A stretch of DNA of 64,000 nt. It comes from Dicyema japonicum. Lineage: Eukaryota > Animalia > Dicyemida. Below, piece after piece: positions 1-13,419 of the stretch (position 1 is its first letter; each line of letters opens with the position of its first letter). Position numbers and translations under genes: made by a program. The stretch is taken from the NCBI GenBank assembly GCA_011109175.1, contig RDEW01000004.1, positions 1,635,355 through 1,699,354 of the forward strand, written 5' to 3'. The notes under the pieces are model-generated. The model saw only the letters and a program-made list of their open reading frames with translations, ran no database searches and had not been told where the DNA came from.

Positions 1-999
1 TGTGATCACCCAAAATTAAGCACTTCTAATAGAGCCATTTAATTCTAAGTTAGTTTTTAGTACTAACTAGAGTTTGCAGGCTTTGAGCAAGCAATGAGAT
101 TACCCCTTTAATCCTATCAGTAGTGCACTCTTTGGATTGTGACGTTTATATTGAAATAAACAGTAGATTGTTAATAGTCAAAAATATTAGTAATCAAACA
201 AGAATTCATTGATTAGCACAAGCTAATTTTTTGATTTTCCTCCCGCATGATTCAACATAAACGTGGTGAAAACATAACCAGTAAAAAGAATAGCAGTTGC
301 ATTTGTTAGTTGACGATCTTCACTTGCTGATGCCATCAACTGAGAATCATAATTTGCACTCTGATCACAATCCAATACTCTGAAAATTTAAAGTTAAATT
401 ATTATTATTATCTAAACCTTTTTAACCGTTGTCAATTTCTAACGTGATTTATGTATTGGGCTATTGTATTTCATTGAAGATTGCCTCACTCGTCAGGATG
501 GATAAACTCACCCCCTAAAAGAAGTTGCCGTTTGATTTTGAGCTTAAGTTATTCTGCAGCGCTCAATGTGTTTATTTTCAAGAAATTCGGCTCTGAAACA
601 ATACTCCTTATTAAGAAGTAAAAAGACCAAAAAGCATAAGCCACAAACCTTACTATAAGTTTTGGAGAATGGAGAAATGGCCGGACAAACAGTTCCATAG
701 ACTGAATATGTATTATCTACGACAAATTTTATAAAGAACACTTTATACCGTGAATTAATATCTACATAACGAAGTTGAATCATTAGGGACTACACAATTG
801 AGTCAATAATCCAAATTTAAGACACTCGATATACAAATACACAATTCAACCAATATGGAAGAAATCCTTAATACTTCCGTCACTTAACAGAATTAACCTG
901 AGACGACCCTGCTCTTGAAACCATGAACTCAAGAAAAATTCTTATTCCTGAAATCACCCATTTTTACAACTTCCATCAATTCGAATTGGATTCTACGCT

Positions 1000-1260
1000 T
1001 ACGAAGCTGTTAATTTATCTATGAGTGAGTGAATTGTGCAAGCCACAATAGAGAACGTAAGATTTTGACAGAAATAATTTTCTCCACTTCAACTTCCTAA
1101 GTTTGTAGCTTCCTATGCCATTGGCCAAAAAGGATTAGTTGAAGATAGGAAATCGCATGCAAAAGTCTCAGAATTTCCCGAATGTGATCCCTCAACGATC
1201 TCCACTTCTCCAACATTATTCAATCTATTTCTCAAAGTTTTTCCATTCCATAAGCTGATA
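1000..1260 (+). mobile_element. Degenerate non-LTR retrotransposon RT fragment
   Basis: About 1185-1235 reads IPQRSPL/SPTLFNLFL (GVPQGSxLSPxLF-like RT motif) with a 1-nt frameshift. Confidence 0.5.
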
Positions 1261-1431
1261 ACATTCATTTTGCGACTCTATAGTAGTAGTAAGTCATCGA
1301 AGTAAAGAAAGTACAAGAACACGAAAGACTCCGATACAAATTAGACTTTAGTTGATAACCTATAAATAGCTTATGCAATTTCACTATTGGCATAGGAAAT
1401 GCATGTTCAATAATCTCATAAATTACACTAG

Positions 1432-1929
1432 ATTATATATAATTTTGTTATTTTTAAAAGTGGTCCTTCAATTTTTTTAACTTCCAAAAAAACAAAAAAA
1501 TGCCTCTTTGGCTAAAAATTGCTCTGTAATCGTAGACTGAGCAACTGTGCTTTTCACTCGAGCACATCTCCAAGGGGAGAATGCGGGATAATATCTATAA
1601 TTTGATGTAAATCTGTTTCGATTGTGAGATTAGTGCGAAAATCAAGTGGAGAACGACATCAATTCATTCCTAAAAAAAACGAAAACATTTTTAAGTCTGC
1701 CTTCAGTCTGACGGACAACGAGAGAGCAGTAGTAAATGCTTAAACGATGAACGTGCTTGGAAGATGAAGAACGAGGTGGCAAGATTGCAGTCTCTAGGTT
1801 CAATAATTTCATGAATTAACTAAATTATATATAATTTTGTTATTTTTATTATTTTTAAAAGTGGTCCTTCAATTTTTTTTAACTTCCAAAAAAAACAAAA
1901 AAATGGCTCTTTGGCTAAAAAAATTGCCG
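1432..1929. repeat. Direct repeat pair of ~90-105 bp (1432-1521 and 1824-1929)
   Basis: Both copies read attatatataattttgttattttt..aaaagtggtccttcaatttttttaacttccaaaaaaacaaaaaaatg.ctctttggctaaaa; they differ mainly in homopolymer lengths. Confidence 0.9.
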
Positions 1930-3140
1930 ACAGCTGGATTATGTCAAGCAAATAATCAAGATTATTATAGATTAAAGAATTTAGCAAGTAAATTCTTTTA
2001 CTAAAGAAATCAGGAGTGCAAATGCGTTCGCTATAAATTTTTGGATATGCGCTCACCAAAGAATTATATAATAAATTTTATTTTTAAGTTTTTTTTTCTG
2101 ATGCAGCATACAGCAAAAGAAGATGATGTCTGCAAAAAGTGCAAAATTATAAACAAAATAAAACGGAAGATCCTTTGCACTGTCTGATCGTGTGGCTTCC
2201 ACAATTCCTGTTCCGGATTGATTAAAAGTGCCCTGACTGTAATTTCTGCCAGGCATTGTGATTAATGACTCCTTCCAGATAATACGACAACTCGACTCTT
2301 TTGAACATATTCCACTGGATCATCAGGGAATACTTAATTGACCTCAAATTAAAGACTTCTGATCTGGATCCCCAAATCTGCCAATATATCTGTCTCGAAC
2401 TGTCTATGTTAGAGCATTGAAAGGAATTCTATTCGGACGACACTAAGCATAGGGTACGATTTTTTCCTCCGATTCACACCATGCATATCCGATAGAAGGA
2501 GAAAGTAAAGAAATCACTTACGTCATTAGTAAAAAAAGTACAGAGATTTTTCTAGAGGAACCTATTGGTAGACTCCGAAATGTTCACAGACAAATCACAA
2601 AACCATGCGAAGACGACACCGACAATCTCGGACACTTAGAGATTGTGAGGTGCGATTCATCGAACGCTGTCTGAATGTGAAATCCCTTCTGTCGTGAGGA
2701 TCCTGCAGATCAATATCGTATAATTGAGCCGGCTGAAATTTTTTTCTCCATGCAGATCAACATCGTATAATTGAGCCGGCTGAAATTTTTTTCTCCAGCT
2801 CCGAGGCATTCTCTTTTTCCCCCAATTCACAGAATGCATATCCGATAGGAAGGAGAAAAAAAAGAAATCACTTACGTCATTAGTAAAAAAGGTACAGAAA
2901 TTTTTCTAGAGGAACCTATTGGTAGACTCCGAAATGTTCACCGACAAATCACAAAACCATGCGAAGACGACACCGACAATCTCGCGCACTTAGAGATTGT
3001 GAGGTGCGATTCATCGAACGCTTTCTGAATGTGAAATCCCTTCTGTCGTGAGGATCCTGCAGATAAACATCGTATAATTGTGCCGGCTGAAATTTTTTTC
3101 TCCATGATCTTGATTTTGTATTCAATTAGGGTAAGATTCA
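1820..3140 (-). pseudogene. Unidentified multi-exon gene relic with hydrophobic segments
   Basis: A 26-nt GTGAG..TATAG intron (2031-2056) joins track ORFs 2053-2256 and 1820-2059 in frame (..KIYYIILC^ERICTPDFF..). A GTAAGT donor recurs in both copies of the duplicated 5' part. No family recognised. Confidence 0.4.
2481..3104. repeat. Tandem duplication, ~354-bp period, with a nested 47-bp duplication (2704-2750 / 2751-2797)
   Basis: atgcatatccgatag..gaaattttttt(t)ctcca occurs at 2481-2750 and 2834-3104 with high identity. Confidence 0.95.
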
Positions 3141-3769
3141 TTTCAGTTCACATTTCTTTGATTTCTTGAATTCAAACGAGCATAAAACATCTTGAGTATT
3201 CTCATTTTCTTCCTTTGACTGATTCTTGGTCAACTCATAAAGGAACAAATTTCTTTAAATTTGGCAATTCTCCTTTCCATGTTATCTTTCAAAAGCATTT
3301 TATTATTTGCTTCATTGTCTCATTCTCTTCTTTGTCAAATTCTATTTTCAAATAAAGAGTACACTTTTATGAGTGGATAAACGAGTATTGAATTGCTCGG
3401 CGATAATATTCAATTAGCTCAGAGGCATTCTCCCAAATCTACTTTTCGCAGAATTTACAACTATTGAGATTCACTTGATCCTATCATAAGATCGAATCTC
3501 AGTGATTAATGCTGAGACAGAAGATGTGCAGTAGCATTTCCTACAGGAGATCTTTTGCTAGTTCCATTGACATCTTGTAGTCCATAAGACACACTTTTAA
3601 TTGTTTTCTATATACAATTTTCTCTGTAAGACAGGCCTCAGGATTTGTTACCAAACTGGCAAAAATGACATACACACCACCATTGGAACACTATTAAATC
3701 AAAAATTTATAAATAATTATATTTTTTATTATTATTCAGATTAAAGTATAATTTACTTATCAAGTGACA

Positions 3770-4235
3770 TATAAGCCTCAAGGATCCAAAAGAAATTGGA
3801 ATTCTCAAGGCTTTTACTCATCTCCAATCTTCCCACCTATCGTTAGAGCTTTAATAGAAACAACTTGTTTTACCTAGTATCGAGTACGCCAGTGCTGCAT
3901 GTATTGCCCCCTTATCAATTTCGTCACAGAGCATACATGAGGTTTTACAAAATCGATTACTCAGATTACTCGGAAATCGTCGAAAAAGACGTCCACTTCG
4001 GTACTACGGAGTAAACTAAACGTCCTTCAATCATGGAGTACCTAACAGAAAAAACGTCACCGGGATTTCCTCAAGATAGAACAGTCCTCAACAATCCCCT
4101 CAGGTCAGACATAAAATTATATATAGACCCTTGCTCGAAATGTTAGAAAATACCTGTGAAGATCAATCCAGGACTCCAAAACTAACAAGAAAAGGACTGT
4201 ATGGTCACTGGGATCACTTAATTAAACGATAACTC
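3770..4235 (+). mobile_element. 3' end of 'GIT-stop' LINE (same subfamily as 44610-45300)
   Basis: KQLVLPSIEYASAA RT-thumb motif; ends ggg atc act taa (4210-4221); colinear with the reverse complement of 44610-45085. Confidence 0.8.
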
Positions 4236-4272
4236 TATCCTTATTCTCGTAATTTTGTTGTTAATTAAATAA

Positions 4273-4335
4273 AATAATAATAACTGCCTTTTCACGAAAG
4301 CCATCATATTTATAGCTTTGCATTGGCAGACACAC
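4273..4335 (-). mobile_element. RTE-like LINE 3' UTR stub with (TTA)n tail
   Basis: ttcacgaaagccat motif shared with the 3' ends at ~7800, ~49210 and ~58690. Confidence 0.6.
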
Positions 4336-4829
4336 ACTTTATTTAAGTAAAGAACAGTTAAATTTAACTAATCGTAGAACCAAAGAATGATCTTCGTTAC
4401 ATTACATCTAACACAAACCTGATCAACTTCACAGGCATACACAGCATGTATAGTCACACAACAAAGAAAGAATGATCAACTAAATCATAAACCTCTTAAC
4501 AACGACTCACAAAAGTACGTATCCATGAGACACAGAAAGCACTAGTTGATCAAAACCTGTTCTTTTCGGAGAGAATTCAATTGACCTCTAAAATGCTCTT
4601 GACCTACTGTGGTCATCAGCTTATAGAATATTGGATACACATTATTAGATTTTTAACTTTGTGATCTGTGGAGTATTATAATCACATTTTTCTCGGTTCA
4701 TCCGGTATTAATAATAATAGACATAATATCATAACTTATTATGTATTGGATAATAAAGAAAGAACTGAGATTATTGGCGAACATTTATCAGGAATTTTGA
4801 ATTTAAATGAAATCTAATATATGGAGCTA

Positions 4830-5230
4830 ATTGAGAATTACCAGAAAACCTGAATCTACCATATTTAACATATCTACAGAGGAAACTAATCTGTCAATCA
4901 TTATATTAAACGACAACATAGCAGCAGGACCAGACAATGATCAAGTATGCACCAGGCGACGATTTTCATTACAAAGATTATCAATAAAGTATTTGAGACG
5001 CATTCTCCCTTGAAACTTGCTGATGGAATTTTGATTTTTCAGCATAAACCAGAAAAAACAAGGGAGCGATAAAAAATTTAAGACCTGTGACATTAATGGA
5101 ATATTGAGGAAGATATAATATCTGATTTTCTTAGTCTGATATCAACCTTTGTTTATGAATTTTTGTGGCCGGGACAGAGTGGGTTAGAAAGGGACGCTCG
5201 ATTGCAGATGCTGTTTAATCCCACTGGTGG
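4830..5230 (+). mobile_element. RTE-like RT N-terminal fragment
   Basis: LNDNIAAGPD, NLRPVTLM..LRKI and frameshifted GQSGFRKGRSIAD motifs. Confidence 0.65.
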
Positions 5231-6129
5231 ATATGTGCCGTGTTTTAACGATACAAGAGTGATTTTAGGATTTTGGGAGTGGACATTGTCGTATTGATTT
5301 GACAAAAGATTAATGTAAAAAGATTCAAAGATTCATCCTTATTAAAATCAAAATTAGTTCTCTACGGTAGTCCATATCGTCTCCGAAATTAGTCTCATTC
5401 CAACCGTCGATAGGTTTTGTTCAAGATGGTCGGAAGTGTTGTTCTTGGTCATCCGGGAAATTAGTCTCCTTTGTGTGCGAAGTAGTTGACCATTACGAAA
5501 TTTGAAGGACTGGTCATTGGGACGTCTTAATTAAAAATATCATCTGACCTCACGTCGATTTTGATTTATTATGAAGATTAACATCAGAGATATTCATAGT
5601 CAGGTTCTATCCTTTTCTTGTGGCTAGGTCGCATATCAGTTGGTGGTTCTTGTGAGGTAGTTTAAGTCCTCTGCAATTGAAAGTTCCCAAAGAATACGAA
5701 TAAGACATAGTTCAATAGAGATATCGTCACCACTTCAACCAATTCAGCACAATACTTCTAAATAATTTCAACTTCTTAAAAATAAATTTTAAGGTTTGCA
5801 GCTAGAAATCTTATTTACGCCAAGTGTGCAGCATGAAAAAGTTTACTAAGCCTATATTATTAGCAGCTCTATCAAGCTACTAAATAACCATTCGTTTCAT
5901 TTGAAATATTATCTTAAAAATAGTAGATTAAAAGAGAATAACGTCCTATAAAATTTATCAGGTCTAATTTTAATTTTGTATATTAATGTAAAAAAATTTT
6001 ATGAAATTGAATCAAGTAAGAGAACAGGAATCAAGTTAAAGAAAATATCTGGCCGGGGACCACGATAATTGATTAATCTCATTTGCCATCATAAGAATTG
6101 ATAAGTGATTATTTAAGTAAATTAAACCA

Positions 6130-7130
6130 TTAACCCAATTTAACCGAAAAAGAATCATAATTAGCTTAACTTAAGGAATGGCTCAGTGAAGAGTGATTCT
6201 TTACGGGATTTCATTTTGATATAAATATTGGCAATGACTGCAGTAAGTATTATAATTAGAATCAATGACAACAGTATTCCGACAACTCCACATACGATTC
6301 CAATTATTTGATGTTTCGTCAGTTTTTTTACAAATATACTTTCAGAAGATATTAATTCTTCAAACTTATTTCATCTAAAATTTAGTCGGTTTTATTACGA
6401 TGTTTAAATATGGTTTTTTTGTCTTTAATTTCATTCGATGTTGGTTCTTCAAAGCATCCTTCATCTAAAATTCAGACGAATTTATTTACCATCTCCAATA
6501 AATTCAAAACTCAGATCATTGCGGAAAAATTGTAATTTAAGAGATGAAATTTCGATAGACACATTTTTATAGTTTTGTGAGATGAATCCACATTGATAAT
6601 ATCCTCCAATATTAATTTGTTTAAATGGCTTTTCAAGAAAAACGCATTTATCTCTTTTATGTCCAACACATACATAAAAATTATAAATAATATATTTTTC
6701 TTCATTTAGTTTATCCGCCGTAATAAATATTATAGATTTTACACCATCCAATATATATTTATGGTTTCTATAAACACGTGTATACATATTATATTGATAA
6801 TCACTGAAATGCTCTTCTGTTATCTAAGAATCAATGCAAACGTGTACAATTTCGTTTTTGTCAATATATGATATTTTGATATTTCCACTTATTACTGCTC
6901 GGATTCTATTTTTGTTAAATAAAAACCAAATCGACGTATTTGGGTCATTTTTTGGGTTACAGTCATTAGCTAAATAAATTTTAATAAAAACCTTTTCCAG
7001 TAAAATAATACAAACCAATGATTCAAGATTTTGCAACTTGGTTGAATAAATTGTATAGATAAATTATTCGAAAAACTAATATAGTATAACCACATCGATA
7101 GTAATCTCCATATCTAGTTTTGGAATCTTT
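6130..7130 (-). pseudogene. Type-I transmembrane protein gene or relic with 22-25-nt introns
   Basis: GT-AG introns at 6970-6991 (22 nt), 6824-6847 (24), 6465-6489 (25) and 6375-6398 (24); the last three each remove an in-frame stop. One frameshift near 6362. C-terminal TM IIGIVCGVVGILLSLILIIILTAVIANIY is followed by basic KMKSRK. Confidence 0.65.
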
Positions 7131-7789
7131 GTAATATTTGTATAACGTTTACCACCTTAGTTTAACAAAAAGCGTACCATAATCAATTTTTGTTATAAAA
7201 TCAATTGTATAAAACTCACTGTAATAATGTGGAATAAGTTTAAAACTTATATTATATTGAAAAAAACTATACGTTCCACAAGTTTCCTGCAATCTATATG
7301 TGTATTCAATTTAAAAACCATAACCGATATTCTATAGTTAATGAAATATATACTTTAGAAGGATTCTTATAAATTACATATGAATCAATTAATAAATAAT
7401 TCCGATCGGATTTTATTTTGACGATTTTGCTTAACAGAATAAATATGATAAAATTTATAGTTCTGTTCATGTAATCTAAATTTTATTAGGTCAATTTTTA
7501 TTTTATTTAAATTTTTAACATGATTTTTTATTATTTTTATTTAATATCTATAATAAATATAGTCAGACTTTTACAAAAACTGACTAAACACGATTTGAAC
7601 GACCCAAATCTAGATTTACGAACTCTGTAGACATACAAAAAAACTCGGCTCAGAAAGTGACGCTGAGGATATTAGTCCTAGGAAAATCTTGGCTACTATA
7701 TACTTCAAAAAATGTACAATATCTGGATAAGAAGGAGTAATGTATCACTGAAAGTTTCTTGTCAAACTATACGACACGCATATTATGTA

Positions 7790-9520
7790 TTTAAGCACTT
7801 CACGAAAGCCATACTTATTATAGTCCGCATGTTCAGCAAAAGAAACAAGGTTAGATGTCATCCTTTTCTATGCTCACCGGTTCCTAGCCAAGGCTCAAAT
7901 GATGTCCAGATTGTCGGCATTTATTACATTTTTTTGATATTGACCAGGTCTTTTTGTAAGACTATTTACAGTATTGTACTTGGTCTTCCACGATAGCGTC
8001 TTTGTTGACTAACATGATATGTTTCCATCGATATGTGAGGTGGGGATGTTAATTCAATCTTCAGCACGTGTCCGAAGAGTTTCCATCGGGATTACAGTAC
8101 TTCTAAGCTGATAGGTATAAAGCTGCATCTCTTATATAATGCATTCCTCGATATTCTCGTAGGCTAAGTAGTTCCTGTTATTTTTCTCAGCTGACCTCGT
8201 GGAACGAGTCGAGTTTTTCCATATCCGCTGATGAGGTCGCCCAAGTTCAAGCTTTATATAAAAGTACGGGTTATATGAATGAGTCGTATAATAGGATTCT
8301 CATTTTCGTGTCGATGACTTTTTGATTGAGCTATAGATTCTTCAGTTTATATAACGCAGCATTGGCTAGAGTTTTCCTACGTAAAATATCTTCGCTATCT
8401 CTCAAAAGTGGACTGAGTTTTTTTACTTATCTTCTAGGACGTTGCTCATCCTTCTTATCTCTGTGAGTTCTGTTTTCTCTGTGTTCACAGTAGAAACCAT
8501 TTGCCTAGTACATCTGGTGCTTTTTCTAATATGTTTTCCAGGACATTTTTGTCTTCAGAAATTAGGTCTACATCGTCCGCGTAGATTACTTCTTCCGTTG
8601 CGTAGATTACTGCTCAGGAACATCTGGATGAATAGCCTTCATGTGCATTTTACTATTCTCCCTTTTGCCAAGACATGCTTCAGCAGCTTCCTTGATGGTG
8701 TGCTTTGTTCGTTTCCAGGCGTTTTCTAACGTGGTATCCACCAATACATCCTGTATTTGAGTCTGAATTTATTTTTGATATCTCTCAGTAGTCTCCGGTT
8801 GGGAAATCAGCCTTTCAGTCGCGTAGTCGCCTCTGACTTTCTCAAATTCGTGATTTTTTGACATTCATGTATTTTATGGAATTTTTATTCAGGGTGAAGG
8901 TCGCAATAATTATCTTGTGGTCGCTGACAGTCATCGAGCCTTCATATGAATGAGCGTTTACTAGAAAGTGTTTGTCTTTTGCCCGGAAAATGACATAATT
9001 TATTTGGTTGTATATTGCTACCAGCATTCTTTCTGAGTTCCTTCGCTTCCCCATTCACGTAGTTTTATGGCAGGCAGGAGGCGTAAATGCAGTATTGCAT
9101 AGGAATAGGTTGTTTGCCATACGAAAGTGACCAAGTATTGTCCACGGTAGGTTTCTTATTTTACGTCTATGTTATCCCAAGAAAACGTCATCCGGGATAT
9201 TCTTCATCCCGATTTTTCTAGCAATGAATAATAGTCAAAACCTTAGCAATGAATATTAGTAATGACGACTCATATTCGTATGTCGTCCGTAACAGTTTTT
9301 AATAGAAGTCGTCTAGTTCTGTCGGATCTATTGCTACTCTCCCGCAGTGTGGTGCATACACATTTACAATTGTCAGAAAACTCTTCGATAACGGATTCGA
9401 GCAGACCCAGAAATACTCTACCTATTTGCTTAAAAGATGATTACGAAACAATCGGTCGTAAATTAGTAAAAGCAAAAACAATCGGTAGTAGCCATAATTT
9501 GACACGCGGAGCCATGTTCT
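7790..9520 (-). mobile_element. RTE-like LINE, internally deleted (APE endonuclease plus RT C-terminal half)
   Basis: IVNVYAPH..DPTELDDFY, YNQINY..SDHKIIIATF, VIYADDVDL at ~8570-8585, RYRGRPSTIL, 3' UTR ggctttcgtgaag. Many stops. Confidence 0.9.
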
Positions 9521-9628
9521 GTTATTGCTAATTAGTTAAAAATTTCTTTTTTTCCATCTTTTGGCGTCATTGAATTCTCCTTATTCAGCTAGGTCTTTTT
9601 CTCATAAACCAATCTGTCCACCATAAAA

Positions 9629-9827
9629 AATTGTATTTTGTGGATATAATTTATGATTTGTATTTTTTAGTTAAAGCATTCAGAGCTTTGGTGAAAGGTC
9701 TTTATTAAAACTAATTGTATTTTTTGGATAAAATTTAGGATTTGTATTTTTTAGATAAAGCATTCAGGGCTTTGGTGAAAGGTCTTTATTAAAACTAATT
9801 GTATTTTTTGGATATAATTTAGGATTT
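9629..9827. repeat. 84-bp tandem repeat, ~2.4 copies
   Basis: aattgtatttt unit starts at 9629, 9713 and 9797; units are near-identical and have no variable spacers. Confidence 0.9.
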
Positions 9828-9869
9828 TCCCTAGTTATCTCTTGGCTATATTTCTCATCCAGGATTTTG

Positions 9870-10140
9870 CATTTCAAATTCTAGATTTGAGTGGATACAG
9901 CAATAAGCACAGATACGAAAGTTCAAAACAACAAACCAGATATCTTTGTACTATACAAAAGGAGGGATTTAATTACGCTTATCGAAATGGTAAATGCCTT
10001 TCAACAGCATAGAACCATGTCGAGGTCGAAAAGCTACAAAAATATGACTTCTTGCCAGTGAATTGGCATCTATCCACAATGCTAAAGTTAATATTGTACC
10101 AATGTAAGTAACGTAGATGGATGGTATTGTGATCAAATTC
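9870..10140 (+). mobile_element. R4/Dong-like non-LTR element, restriction-like endonuclease fragment
   Basis: VDTAISTDTKVQNNKPDIFVLYKRRDLITLIEM then VEVEKLQKYDFLASELASIHNAKVNIVP..DGIV (PD..E..K-KY RLE signature). Confidence 0.8.
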
Positions 10141-10559
10141 TAAAAACATTATCATAATTCCCTGAAGGTAAAGGCGTAAACTTGAGCATATATTTAATCA
10201 ACCGTCAATAAGAAAACCTTGGAGAGTATACGCATAGAGGACACATATGGAATGACTTTCCTGGATGATTTCAGAAAACTCACACTCTAACGGGAACGAA
10301 TCAAGCAGTATCGTCGTGCCAAGGGGCAAAGAAGAGAATTAGTTGAAGGGGAAAAATCACTTAGTTATTTCTTATAGTTTCGATGATTAATTTTTGAATA
10401 ATTAATTAAATTTTATTAATATTTTTAAAACGGTAAATCAAAACGGATTGAATTTAATTTTTTAAGTTAAGTAGACGTTTTTGTGACGTTCTTAGTTGTA
10501 TTTTATTAACATTTAACCTTCATAATTAATTCTAGGTGTCTGTTTTGTCGTCCATATCA

Positions 10560-11460
10560 CTTATAATTATAACTTTTTTTTGAGTGTCTGCGAGGAAATG
10601 AACTTTTCAGATATAATCCCATTTGCCCAAAATTTTTTGAATTACGTACTTTTACATATTTAGGACTGTCATACTTGTCTGAATTTAAGATCCCCCAAGG
10701 ACCAGATAATAAAGCTTTGAGTTTTAACAATTTTTGATGAAATAATGATACCAAGTGTCATGACCTACAATGCAAGTTTCCAAAACTTTGAACTTTGAAT
10801 TTATTGTGAAAATAACTAATTTATTGACAATGTTGTATAAAAATTCGATTTATGTGATTTTCTATATTTTTAATATTATGAAGTCATAACATTAATACAC
10901 TAATAATAAACTAATAAAAATACATTGACGGTCTGTCTAACCTTCAAGGAGGTCCTTACAAAGGCAAATAATGTAGCATTATCTTGACAGTCCTATCACT
11001 CAGTAATAAAACATTCTTTGCTACTAATTTCCGGGATAACTGATAATATACACCATACAGGGGTATCTTGAGGACATAGCATACCAAATCCGAATAGAGG
11101 AGATTGTCTTTATTGACTAACCAATTAAATATGCTTAATCAATCCTCTACTCATCACATAAACACCAGTTTAACAAATTCTCCATCAGTTTTTTTTACTA
11201 AAAATTGAACAATCTTGTTCCTGTGATCAAAAACGTCTATTATGGCTGGTACAGAAAAATTAATCTCCTGAAATATGAAAAAATGAGGAAAAAGAAATGG
11301 TAAAAGAACTATAGGCAAAGAGTGAACCACAGCTATTTGGATTATTAACTCATTAATATGTCTTTCAATATACAATCCAACATAATCTCCTGGCAAGCAT
11401 CCCCAGTGACAGATATACAAATTTATAAGGAATATACTTAAATAGTAACATTACACAGTA
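10560..11460 (-). pseudogene. Possible highly degraded rhodopsin-class GPCR relic
   Basis: Hydrophobic stretches spaced like TM2-TM6 (NSCGSLFAYSSFTISFSSFFHISGD; KECFIT; KTQSFIIWSL) across several frames with stops. Weak. Confidence 0.2.
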
Positions 11461-11959
11461 AAGGACTGAGAATTATTATTGATGTTAATCTGAGTATTCA
11501 TTCAAGACAACTGAATGCTTGTAATTGCATAAATGAAGAACAGCATTGCAATAGAAATTCCAATATTAAGGAGTGACTTGAATTTAATGAGTTCATTTCA
11601 CAAAACAGTCTACAAAAATTAATAGAAACTTTTTTCTTAGTAAAATAAAGCAAATATGAACAATTAACTCTATGATAATATCAACTCCCCATAATGATAA
11701 CAAAGTCAAATATTTTCCGAGGACTCTATCCTCGCTGCTACATTGAGTCACAAGCGAACTTGCAGCGCCAAAATAACAGTGTTGGCAATCATGACTCTAA
11801 AGACGAGATACTGTCTTTGAAACCAGTGTTGATATTAACCATTATTGAAATACAGTTTGGTTGGCTCCCAGTGAAGGCGTACTCAATGAATTACATTGAA
11901 ATAATATTTTTCGTTCATTATATTCTTATCAACTTCACAGTTCCTTTAATCTGTTTCCC

Positions 11960-12110
11960 CTCACTCTGAAATGTGACAATCAAGATGCTGGTAATATATA
12001 CAACCGAGGAGACATTCAATATTATGTAGATTATATAATAGATCCCCCACTGACTTCTGGTGGTTATGAAAGTGACCATATCCTCGTTTTATGGAATCAA
12101 TATAATAAAT
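11960..12110 (+). mobile_element. APE endonuclease C-terminal fragment
   Basis: YNRGDIQYYVDYII..GGYESDHILV resembles the IDY..SDH motif. Confidence 0.35.
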
Positions 12111-13419
12111 AAGTACTCTATATCTCCTGCGATTCCCCGACGAGTTTTTGAAAGTGATAGAATGCTTATCAAATGAAGTTTTCCAAATATTTATTTTTAG
12201 GAAATTTAAAGCAGAATATTCGAAATATGAGTTTACAAAAATTCAATTTACTTGTTTTTAAGTGAAAACGTGAACAATATGACGAACATTCCGAGTCTTG
12301 GCCTAAAATGACTAAATAACCGACTTTTGTCTCATTAATTGGAACCATTATTACTGTCAGAATCTCGAGTATTTTCTACAATTCGTGAAATCTTGTTGTC
12401 CTCTCAAATAACCAACATGAGAACTTTTTCTTTCGTATCAATTTCATTTTAAATATTAGTCCCTTGTCGACTACGATAGCAAGGAAAAGATTATGCAGAA
12501 TATCTGGATTGACAGGAAAAATACAATTTCGGCAAATAAACAGTACAACAAAATGTAGAGAATCCAAAGCTCCTGGAAGAATTGATCCCCAGAGACTGTT
12601 AACACCAGCATATAAGACTAGATTTCAATCTTCTCCAGTCAAATTCTATTTTTAAGGTTGCAAGACAGTAATTGATGCCTGCCATATTCCATCGAAATTA
12701 CTTTAATTTTTTTAATCTGAGCAATGAAAAAATTCGTTATGGACAAACATAGTGGAATCCCTAACACTTTACAGAACTAGATGGATCAGTAGCTATCCCT
12801 TTGTATCGACGACAACTAGAGGGAGTATCAACGGTAGTGTCAATTCAAATCCGTAAAGCCGTAGAGTCTTCTGGTGTAAAAAACAGATTTGTTAAATTGG
12901 AAAAAAAACTTATATTATTGAATAATAATTGCCTAGAATACAGCTATTCTCATGCAATCCCCAAGGTGGTCATCTGTTATACATGGAAGACAGCATCGAA
13001 CATATTATTGTGTCTTAAACTCATGTGGATGGAACAGAAGTCTGCTAAACTCATTTTGGAATTCTAACTTCATTTTGAAAGAATTTATTGATCATATCGA
13101 GAATATATTTATTGTTGCCTTGTAGTTCCAAATTTAGTTCATTCAGTTTTGTGGCAGAATCAGTTAAAATGCCAAGTTTAAAAGTCAATCATGATTTAAA
13201 GAAAATGCCAATCCTTATTTTTCTTTTGAAAATTCTTTAATATATTGTTTTATTCTCTGAATAGTGAGAATTAATCCCTTGCTTAACTATCTTGTGTCAC
13301 AGTGCAAAAGTAGATCGCCATAGCATCGACTTGTTCTAGAAATATTCAAAATTATCTTCTTTGTAAGGCCTTATCACGAATAGAATTAATAGTTTTAACG
13401 GATAACATAGTTAAAATTT

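Noticed and set aside
2490-6170. Non-canonical introns ending in TCG (about 2490-2521 and 6144-6169, minus strand)
   Set aside because: Only two cases, both in damaged genes with uncertain downstream frames; mutated AG is simpler.
8228-8234. CTGATGA hammerhead core (also 18241-18247)
   Set aside because: No stem II followed by GAAA; the 8228 hit is antisense RT coding sequence.
9629-9827. Tandem repeats here and at 22812, 23268 and 59660 as CRISPR arrays
   Set aside because: Units are contiguous with no unique spacers, there are no cas genes, and the context is eukaryotic.
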